DNA from: a virus
Taxonomy: Duplodnaviria > Caudoviricetes
DNA length: 64,000 bases
Strand: one strand, 5' to 3'
Virus record (IMG/VR): IMGVR_UViG_3300015615_000196
Coordinates: 128,001 to 192,000 of that record
The translations under genes were made by a program, and so were the position numbers. A model generated the notes under the pieces. It had not been told where the DNA came from and searched no databases. It saw only the letters and a list, made by a program, of their open reading frames with translations. Of this stretch, positions 29,346 through 37,101 are shown piece after piece. The stretch's first letter is position 1. Each line of letters opens with the position of its first letter.

Positions 29346-30488
29346 TTATGCTTGTGATTCAGCAGGAGCCGTTTCGGTCTTTGTTTCCTGTGCTTCTAAT
29401 GCTTCAAGCGTCTTATTTAACGAATCAACTCTTTCATTGAAATACGTGGTGTAGATCGCAATCAATTGATTCTTTGAAACCTCCGGTGAATACGCATCCG
29501 TGATCTTCTTCATGTCTGCATATACGTTTGCTCCGATTTCGTCATCAAGGAACTTTCTGAGCGTGTCTGCAATAAGTCCCGGAATTTGATAAAAGTCATC
29601 GCTCCACACTCCGCAATTCTCAAGTGCCTTTCCATCCGGCCCAATCAAATATTCAGGAGTTACATCAGGAAGAAGAGAGATCGGCACAGTGCCAACCTTC
29701 ATACATTCAAGAGGGAAAAGTGCGTGGCTTGAAATTCTATCCAACCACAATGCTGCGAAATTCTTTCCGAGTCTGTCAGCAAAGTCTTTACGTCTCAAAT
29801 GCTTCGGTGGCTTCGAATCCGTTACAAGCGGTTCAAAGTTGATCCATCTGTATTGCGGGAATTTAGCGAAGAACAACTTCACGATCTTATCAAGTTCTCT
29901 CTCGTTTCTTACCAAGATAGAAATGACCGGACGCTTCAACTCTTCCTTGTTCTGGAAGTAGTCTGGAACCGATACATTGTAAGAACGAATACGAAACTTT
30001 CCTTTTCCGAAGAACTCTTCAACGAAACGTTCCATCGTCTTGCTGGTAGTTAAAACGTTGTTTATACCAAACGTAGTCCAGTCAAAACCCGGAAGCAATG
30101 CCTTCGTAGCATTGTCGATAGACTGGAACAATACGACTCTCATGCAAGGCAATTTCTTGGTTTGCTCCATTACGTTCGTGAAGATTTCAGGAATCACGAG
30201 CATATCTTCGGGAGAAACACTAATACCAGCAGAATCAGCAGCGACATGTTCCAAATCCAACAATTCAGGTTCAATGAAGTCGGGCTTCACGAACTTTCCT
30301 GTTTCGGTTAAAATCACTACGTTATAGCCGAGACTTTTAAGTACCGTACCATGAAAGTAGATTTCATAAATTGATGCAGCAGGTGCGCCCTGTAAGTCAG
30401 GAAGGAAGAACATGATCTTGTTCTTCTTGCTCTCCAAGTTTGCCAAAGAGAGTTTTAATTTTTCAATATTTGTTTTTTCTGCACTCAT
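29346..30488 (-). CDS. GT-B fold glycosyltransferase-like
   Basis: SPEDMLVIPE, ALFPLECMKVGTVPI (ExxxxG-like). Confidence 0.7.
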   Translation of the reverse strand: MSAEKTNIEKLKLSLANLESKKNKIMFFLPDLQGAPAASIYEIYFHGTVLKSLGYNVVILTETGKFVKPDFIEPELLDLEHVAADSAGISVSPEDMLVIPEIFTNVMEQTKKLPCMRVVLFQSIDNATKALLPGFDWTTFGINNVLTTSKTMERFVEEFFGKGKFRIRSYNVSVPDYFQNKEELKRPVISILVRNERELDKIVKLFFAKFPQYRWINFEPLVTDSKPPKHLRRKDFADRLGKNFAALWLDRISSHALFPLECMKVGTVPISLLPDVTPEYLIGPDGKALENCGVWSDDFYQIPGLIADTLRKFLDDEIGANVYADMKKITDAYSPEVSKNQLIAIYTTYFNERVDSLNKTLEALEAQETKTETAPAESQA

Positions 30489-30489
30489 T

Positions 30490-31263
30490 TTATTGTGCGT
30501 TAAGGTTTAGTTTATTCACTACATAATCTCTGAAAACGTTTTTGGTTGCGTCTTCTTCGGTGGCTGCAATCAGTCCACCAATACCGTAGTCTTCTATATA
30601 ATCAGCAGTACTATCGGCATTATATATACGGGTCAGCTTGACAGTTGTCTTGCCTTCCGGTTTCTTATTTAAGATATTCGGATCGGTGGTAAGTACCCAA
30701 TCAAACTTATCCCATACTTCTTGATCATCATAAGCGATGAAAATGTTCTTTGCTTCAACACGCATCTTGCTCAAGAAGAACAATGTTGCAGGAATTGCAA
30801 CCTTTCTGGTCTTTGCATAGAAGTAGATGTCGAAGTACTTCTCGAACAACTTAATGAACGTGGTCATATCAACATCAGCATTCATATACAACTTCGGAGC
30901 ACTACCGTGAATTTCGAATACGAAGTCCTCATAAAGGAATTTCTCGAATACTTGTTGTGCTGTGAGCATTGTTTTCTCAGTATTGAATGCGAAGTCATCT
31001 ACACCAGCCTTACCTGTTTCCTGATTGACAACATATTCAGTAGGGGAAACCTTCTGCATGTTCTCGTCTTCCAAGAACTTCTCATTGAGGAAGTCTTCAA
31101 CCACTTCTGTGTCCTTAAACTCATAGTGGTTCATAAGGTCATAGGTGTCAAAGGGTTCTTTAATTCCCTGCTCCCCGAATTCATCTGCATAGTATCGATC
31201 AAACGCAAGCCACTTGGCTCTTAATACTTCGTCAATGTCGATACCTAATTTTGGTTTACTCAT
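30490..31263 (-). CDS. HAD-family 5'(3')-deoxyribonucleotidase-like protein
   Basis: LGIDIDEVLR (DxDxV) at the N-terminus. Confidence 0.65.
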   Translation of the reverse strand: MSKPKLGIDIDEVLRAKWLAFDRYYADEFGEQGIKEPFDTYDLMNHYEFKDTEVVEDFLNEKFLEDENMQKVSPTEYVVNQETGKAGVDDFAFNTEKTMLTAQQVFEKFLYEDFVFEIHGSAPKLYMNADVDMTTFIKLFEKYFDIYFYAKTRKVAIPATLFFLSKMRVEAKNIFIAYDDQEVWDKFDWVLTTDPNILNKKPEGKTTVKLTRIYNADSTADYIEDYGIGGLIAATEEDATKNVFRDYVVNKLNLNAQ

Positions 31264-31658
31264 AGTTCTTTTGGTTTTTTATGTGATACTGGAATAATGA
31301 TCACCGCATCTTCTACGGTAGTCGTCAATACATCGTTTACTTCGTTAACACCCTCACCCAAATAAATCGGATCAAGGTATACTTTGTAGTTCTTATCTTC
31401 TTGGGCAATGTGTTTTACAAAATCCTCAAGTCTCATTGCCGGAGAGTTTCTTGGTAAAGTGAACTTGTCACCTTGCATGTGTTCAGCATAATCCTCTGTT
31501 TCAGGATAAATCTGATAGAGCAAATGAAATTCACATCCTACTTCCTTTTCCATATTCGCAAGGAACTCAAGAATTCGAGCATGGCGTTCTGGATCGTGCA
31601 TTTTCTCACGAACTTCTGCCATCCTACGCTCATATTCTTCGTTAAAGTTCTTTCCCAT
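31260..31658 (-). CDS. Hypothetical protein
   Basis: 132 aa, overlapping its neighbours. Confidence 0.6.
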   Translation of the reverse strand: MGKNFNEEYERRMAEVREKMHDPERHARILEFLANMEKEVGCEFHLLYQIYPETEDYAEHMQGDKFTLPRNSPAMRLEDFVKHIAQEDKNYKVYLDPIYLGEGVNEVNDVLTTTVEDAVIIIPVSHKKPKEL

Positions 31659-31941
31659 TGACCGGGGCTTTTTGTACGATGAAGTGATTTAAATTCTCAT
31701 TTAAGATTTCCAAATTTTTTCTGTATTGATCGAATAAATCCTGATCAAGAACATAATGTGGATTTATACATTCAAGTCTTGTTCCTTCCCCTCTTCTTGG
31801 AATGACGAACACGGTAGCATCAAGATTCCTTACCACTTCTTCCGGCAGTAATCCTTTTGAGACTCGTCTTACAAATTCAGTAACATCTTTATCTTCCATG
31901 TTACCAACATCCACATAAAGCACTAAAATCATGTTATCCAT
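31642..31941 (-). CDS. Hypothetical protein
   Basis: 99 aa, coupled to phoH. Confidence 0.6.
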   Translation of the reverse strand: MDNMILVLYVDVGNMEDKDVTEFVRRVSKGLLPEEVVRNLDATVFVIPRRGEGTRLECINPHYVLDQDLFDQYRKNLEILNENLNHFIVQKAPVNGKEL

Positions 31942-32731
31942 TCAATTGTTGTTTTTTGGGTTCCTTACTGTTATAATGATCTTTAAACTTGTTCTCGATT
32001 ACATTGATAATCGGGTTACGACAGTTCTCGTCATTTTCATCCATCGATACACATCCAATGTCCGGTGTCTCTTTGAAAATCTTCAATAACACTTCCAATG
32101 AACTCTCGGCTTTGTTTCGTAAATCAATTTGATTGGTATCACCAAGACAAATGATTTTCGAGTTTTCTCCGATACGTGTCATCAAAGTTCTTGCGTTATC
32201 AACACTTACGTTTTGAGTTTCGTCAAGAATGATAATGCTGTTGTCGAGATTTGTACCTCTGATGTATGCCAACGGTAAAAAATGAATGATGCTGCTTTCG
32301 AACAATCCATCAACATTGGTGATTGAGAAGAGTTTCTTTGCATTGCTCTTAAAACTTTCCATGAACGGATCAACCTTTTCTCTAAGATCGCCTTTCAAAA
32401 AACCAAGTTCTTCATTTTTAAGTACGGTGACTGATTTTACCAACAGAATTTTCTGGTACATATTTCCACGTTCACGGAGTAACGATAGTGCCATGTAAAT
32501 TGAACATAAGGTTTTTCCTGTTCCTGCTCTACCATTACAGATCGTGATCTGGTTTTCTTTTATCGACTTCAACAACTTTTTTTGACTCTCGTTCTTCGCA
32601 CTCAAGTTTACCTTCTCAACAACCATGCTGCTGATAAGGTCTTTTTGTCGTGTGTTAATTTCCTCCTTATTTATTTCAAAGGATTCAATATTCTTCTTTT
32701 TCTTCGTAGTACTCTTTGAGTTTTTACCCAT
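31934..32731 (-). CDS. phoH: PhoH-like ATPase
   Basis: GRAGTGKT, LGFLKGDLREK, PLAYIRG, ILDETQN, TRIGENSK, GDTNQID. Confidence 0.93.
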   Translation of the reverse strand: MGKNSKSTTKKKKNIESFEINKEEINTRQKDLISSMVVEKVNLSAKNESQKKLLKSIKENQITICNGRAGTGKTLCSIYMALSLLRERGNMYQKILLVKSVTVLKNEELGFLKGDLREKVDPFMESFKSNAKKLFSITNVDGLFESSIIHFLPLAYIRGTNLDNSIIILDETQNVSVDNARTLMTRIGENSKIICLGDTNQIDLRNKAESSLEVLLKIFKETPDIGCVSMDENDENCRNPIINVIENKFKDHYNSKEPKKQQLNG

Positions 32732-32873
32732 TGTTGTGACAACTAATTTTATTTTTTATTAGTATTAGCGAGTGTCCAAACATTCACCACAATAGCGAAT
32801 AATTATCCTATGGCCTGAACCTCACCTTTGCGTTTCATCCCATAGCGGGAGTGTTTAACACAACTAACACTTA
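32732..32873 (-). promoter_or_regulatory. Riboswitch-like structured 5' leader, copy 2
   Basis: 56 bp identical to copy 1; compensatory stem changes; ends CACAACA-ATG of phoH. Confidence 0.75.
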
Positions 32874-32970
32874 TAATATTATTTCCTCTTTAGTATATTA
32901 TACGGAAAACTTAATTAAATCTTGAAAAATTATTTAAGATTTACTATTTATTATAAAAAAGTATAACACT

Positions 32971-33876
32971 ATGGATGACAATAAAGATGTGAAGAAGTCC
33001 TTGGACAACTTCTACAACAACAGAAAAGAAGAGAAAACGGCAGCTACTGCAACCGTACCCCTTCAAAACGACAAACCTGCAATGCCTAAGTATGAATCGG
33101 CAGAGTATGATCAAAAGATCAATCAAATGATGAAAGATTCAGACCTTGAGGTAGGGTTCGATACTGTTAAATTACCCTCAAAAGGTATATTTTACCGTAG
33201 TAAGATCGGTGAACTCGTAGTCGAATATCTTACATCAAAGGACGAAGACATCCTTACAACTCCTGCACTTATCGAGAACAATACACTCGTTGACGTTCTC
33301 TTGAGAAAGAAAATCAAGTCAAAAGGGTTAGAGGTTGAGGAAATGCTTGCCGGGGACAAGAACGCCATACTGGTGTTTTTAAGAGCATCCTCATACGGTA
33401 AGAACTACGATGTCAATGTAACCGATCCATTTACCCAAAACGTATTCAAGTCGTCTGTAGACCTCACCAAACTCAAATACAAGGACATTCAGACTCTACC
33501 TGATGAAAATCTCTTGTTCTCGGTGGAACTTCCTATGCGTAAGAAATGGGTGAAGTTCAGATTGATCACGGATAATGAACTCAAGAAAATCATCAAGCAA
33601 GCCGAAACCAAAAAAGATGCTACTGGTGAACCGTTTCTTGAATTGCTCACCATGAGACTTAAAGCTGCAATCGTAAGTATCGAAGGCAACAAAGACCGTG
33701 CATACATCAGCAAGTTTGTTGATGCAATGCCAGCACTTGACTCGTTGACCTTGAGACGTAAGATTGATGAAGTAACTCCTGACGTAGACTTTAGCTACGA
33801 ATTCGTATCACCTGCTGGTTACACATTTGAAGCTGGCATTTCTGTAGGAGCAGATTTCTTCTTCCCAAAAACTTAG
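32971..33876 (+). CDS. Baseplate hub/tail assembly chaperone (T4 gp26-like)
   Basis: VKLPSKGIFY, LTSKDEDIL, GDKNAILVFLR, DFFFP end; lies upstream of the tape-measure gene. Confidence 0.75.
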   Translation: MDDNKDVKKSLDNFYNNRKEEKTAATATVPLQNDKPAMPKYESAEYDQKINQMMKDSDLEVGFDTVKLPSKGIFYRSKIGELVVEYLTSKDEDILTTPALIENNTLVDVLLRKKIKSKGLEVEEMLAGDKNAILVFLRASSYGKNYDVNVTDPFTQNVFKSSVDLTKLKYKDIQTLPDENLLFSVELPMRKKWVKFRLITDNELKKIIKQAETKKDATGEPFLELLTMRLKAAIVSIEGNKDRAYISKFVDAMPALDSLTLRRKIDEVTPDVDFSYEFVSPAGYTFEAGISVGADFFFPKT

Positions 33877-33893
33877 CGGGAAAGTATAAAGAG

Positions 33894-34076
33894 ATGGTGA
33901 TGCAGGAAATCTATATACTGCAAAAACACGCCAACTTTTCCGCGCAATATATAGAATCGATTCCTACTTGGAAGAGACGATACTTCATTAACCTGCTCGA
34001 ACAAGAGGTTGAAGAAACCAAACGTCAACAGGAGGCATCGGTGCGAAGAGCCAAATCCGCTACAAGACGCAAATAA
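33894..34076 (+). CDS. Small tail chaperone extension (probably the -1 frameshift product)
   Basis: IESIPTWKRRYFI motif; open in the -1 frame from slippery CCCAAAA at 33864-33870. Confidence 0.7.
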   Translation: MVMQEIYILQKHANFSAQYIESIPTWKRRYFINLLEQEVEETKRQQEASVRRAKSATRRK

Positions 34077-34081
34077 CATTG

Positions 34082-34108
34082 AAAATCCAGTTTTTGACTG
34101 GATTTTTT
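34082..34108 (+). terminator. Intrinsic terminator
   Basis: AAAATCCAGT-TTTTG-ACTGGATTTTTT. Confidence 0.8.
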
Positions 34109-34143
34109 GTTTCTACCTATTTATGAATATCCGATAAAGCAGC

Positions 34144-36651
34144 ATGGCAAAAAAGGTCAACAAAGGCGATTTCGACAAGAATGTAAACGACCAAATCAGG
34201 GGGTACAACACACTCATTGATCTTCAAAAAAGAGAATTGAGCGGGTTGAGTCATATCTTCGACCTTGAAGCACAACGTGTCAAGCAACAACTCTCCCTTC
34301 AACAAGCTGAGAACGAACGAAATGTCCGTATGCAAAACTATATGGACTTGCAGCAAAAAGCTGCACAAGGTCAAGCGACCATCAGCAAGGCTACGTTGAC
34401 TGCAATTGAAAAACAACTCAAGAAAGAAACTGATCGTATCAAAGTTTTGAAGACTCAAGAAAAAATCTTGAGCACAATCTCGAAGATGGGATTCGGTAAT
34501 CTCCAAAACTTTATCGCAGAATTAAACAAACTTAACGTATTCAACGACAAACCAATTCGTGAAGCAATTCAGGAAATGGGATTCGGTGCTGAGAAGGGCC
34601 AATTGATCCGTCAAGCATTTTACGAAGCTGCTCCGAAGGCTGCACAATTGGGTGCATCAATGAAAGAGTTGGCTGAGATTCAAAGATCGTATACGGAAGA
34701 ATCAGGTCGTGCACTCGCATTCACTGGTAAACAACTTACAGATGTGACTGAAATTGCAAAGGGAACAAGACTCGGTGTAACCGAAGCTGGTAAACTTGCA
34801 GCACAGTTTGAACTTCTCGGTGTGAACACGGCAACTGCAAAAGATGCAATTCAAGGAATCGTAGACTCTTCTGAAAGAATGGGAGTAAACGTAAATAAGG
34901 TTTTGAAAGTCGTTAGCGGTAACTTCAAGCAACTCAACACGTTCGCCTTCAAAGAAGGTGTGAAGGGTATGGCGAAGATGGCACAATACGCTGAGAAATT
35001 CAAAGTTGATTTCAACGACTCAATCAATAGTGCTGGTCAAGCAAGAACACTTGAAGGTGCAATCGAAATGGCTGCACAACTTCAAACATTGGGAGGTGAA
35101 TTTACAAAGTCCGATCCATTCGAACTTTTCCATCTTTCACGTAACGACCCGGCTAAGTTCACACAGAAGTTGAACGAAATGACGAAGGGCATGGCCCAAC
35201 TTGTTAAGACCGCAGACGGATTCCAATTCCAAGTTTCACCTATGGATTTGGATAGACTTCGTGTTGCTGCTGAGGCAACTGGTCAGAGTTTCGATAATCT
35301 TGTTCAGCAAGCCCAAAGAATGGGTGAGATTCAAGCAATGAACCGTCAAATGGCAGGAACTGCTTTCAGCAAACAAGATCGTGAACTCATTCAGTCAATG
35401 GCAAAACTTGATACCAAGTCAGGTATCTACAAAGTATTAGGTAAAGACATCAATAAACTTTCTCAACAAGAAATTGAATCGTTGAAGATTCAACAGAACA
35501 CGTTGAAACAAAGAGCGGAAGCATCGCAAACTTTCGATGAAAAATTCCAAAACACAATTGAGTCGATGAAGTTAACACTTCTTCCGATTCTTGATGGGAT
35601 CAATGCCGTGTTCGATACAATCCATCCATACTTGAAAGGTATTGCTGATTGGATGGGATCAATGCCGAAGTGGATGAAGAGCGGACTTGGTTTCGCTGGA
35701 TTACTTGTTGGTGGTGGCGTACTTCTTGGTAAAGCTGCTGCTGCATTCAAAGCAATTCCATTCCTCGGAAACTTAATCGGAGGTGGTGCTGGTAAAGTTG
35801 CGACATCTGCTGGCGGTGGTGTTGCCTCTGCTTTAGGTGGAGGTGGCGGGGCTGCTGGTGGTGGTAGTTTCGGGGCTGGTGCAGGTAAGGGTGCAGGGGT
35901 CGGTCTGGCTGCTGCCGGAATAGGGGCAGGTATTGGTGTCGCGGCTGTAGGAATTGCGAAATTGGCCGATTCTATGGCAAAATTGAACGATAAACAGGTA
36001 GATGCCCTTAAAACCATAGGCATGACTTTGGCCATTACATTCCCTCTTGCAGCAATCGGAATTGGTATCGTAGCTGCTGTGGCTGCTCCTGCAACTCCGG
36101 TATTGCTGGCTCTCGGTGCTGCCGTATTTTTGGTTGGTGCTGCTGTGGGTATTGCTGCTGCCGGAATTGGTTATATGGCTCAAGGATTTTCAACATTGTT
36201 GACATCTGCTGAACCTGAAAAAGTATTCGCACTTGCTGCTGGAATTTATGCACTCGGTGGAGCAATGATGGCTCTCGGTGCAGGTAGCATTGTCTCGTTG
36301 TTTACTGGTGGAGGTGTTCTTGCTGAACTTGCAATTGTTGCAGCACTCGCACCTCAATTGAACAAAGTCGGAGAATCATTCAAAAATATTGGTGCAGTAC
36401 TCAATGCAAATCCTGAGTCAATGCAGAGATTCAAAGAAACATTGGATTCAATCTCCAACTTCAAAGCCAACAGTGGTATCTCTGAGTTGAAAGGATTGTT
36501 TGAGAAGCCATTGAAGGTTGAATTTGCTGATAAGAACGTTTCAATGAATATCGATATTTCACTTGAAGTAGATTCTGATGTTCTTGCTAAGAAGACAGCT
36601 AAGAAGATTGTTGTTCTACACAATGATCAACAACAGGGTAGAGCAAGTTAA
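34144..36651 (+). CDS. Tape measure protein
   Basis: Long helical A/Q/K-rich protein with G/A-rich hydrophobic C-terminal region; follows the chaperone genes. Confidence 0.85.
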   Translation: MAKKVNKGDFDKNVNDQIRGYNTLIDLQKRELSGLSHIFDLEAQRVKQQLSLQQAENERNVRMQNYMDLQQKAAQGQATISKATLTAIEKQLKKETDRIKVLKTQEKILSTISKMGFGNLQNFIAELNKLNVFNDKPIREAIQEMGFGAEKGQLIRQAFYEAAPKAAQLGASMKELAEIQRSYTEESGRALAFTGKQLTDVTEIAKGTRLGVTEAGKLAAQFELLGVNTATAKDAIQGIVDSSERMGVNVNKVLKVVSGNFKQLNTFAFKEGVKGMAKMAQYAEKFKVDFNDSINSAGQARTLEGAIEMAAQLQTLGGEFTKSDPFELFHLSRNDPAKFTQKLNEMTKGMAQLVKTADGFQFQVSPMDLDRLRVAAEATGQSFDNLVQQAQRMGEIQAMNRQMAGTAFSKQDRELIQSMAKLDTKSGIYKVLGKDINKLSQQEIESLKIQQNTLKQRAEASQTFDEKFQNTIESMKLTLLPILDGINAVFDTIHPYLKGIADWMGSMPKWMKSGLGFAGLLVGGGVLLGKAAAAFKAIPFLGNLIGGGAGKVATSAGGGVASALGGGGGAAGGGSFGAGAGKGAGVGLAAAGIGAGIGVAAVGIAKLADSMAKLNDKQVDALKTIGMTLAITFPLAAIGIGIVAAVAAPATPVLLALGAAVFLVGAAVGIAAAGIGYMAQGFSTLLTSAEPEKVFALAAGIYALGGAMMALGAGSIVSLFTGGGVLAELAIVAALAPQLNKVGESFKNIGAVLNANPESMQRFKETLDSISNFKANSGISELKGLFEKPLKVEFADKNVSMNIDISLEVDSDVLAKKTAKKIVVLHNDQQQGRAS

Positions 36652-36714
36652 TGGCATTAACATTGGCCCCCTTAATATGAAATAATTAAGGTTAAAAAAA
36701 TAACCTTGAAACTC

Positions 36715-37000
36715 AATTTACTTCGTTAGGAACGGTGTAAGGATGGACTCTCCCCTACCCATAAACCTATAGATTTTGAGGTGAGTCCTTCACATGATAC
36801 TTCGTTGAGGTATCGGTGTAATACAACCGTAGGTGGTGTACTATCTCTCGCTACTTGTGATAATTTCCTACTTACCAGTTAAGAACCCTTCGAGATTTAG
36901 GAGTGGGTGTATGCAAATCTTAACTCCCCTTTGGCAGCATACTTTAGGGATTGCCTACATGCCAAAGGTGTTTACCCAACCATGTAGGAAACGCAATCAT
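36715..37000. ncRNA. Unassigned structured non-coding element
   Basis: ~450 nt intergenic gap with many 6-9 bp complementary pairs and an imperfect direct repeat; no credible ORF. Confidence 0.5.
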
Positions 37001-37101
37001 AGCCAGAAAATACCAGAAATAAAAATCGGGGTTCAAAATTGGCCCGTAACACGCTGAGGAATAGCAAGAAAACTATTCAAAAAATGCGTATTTATGGTAG
37101 A

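Noticed and set aside
35490-36265. Pro/Ala-rich antisense ORFs
   Set aside because: They are shadows of the Gly/Ala-rich tape-measure coding sequence
36715-37057. tmRNA, RNase P or the 74 aa ORF as an explanation of the gap
   Set aside because: No tRNA-like ends or GAGGAAAGUCC motif were seen; the ORF has a GTG start, atypical composition and no family motif
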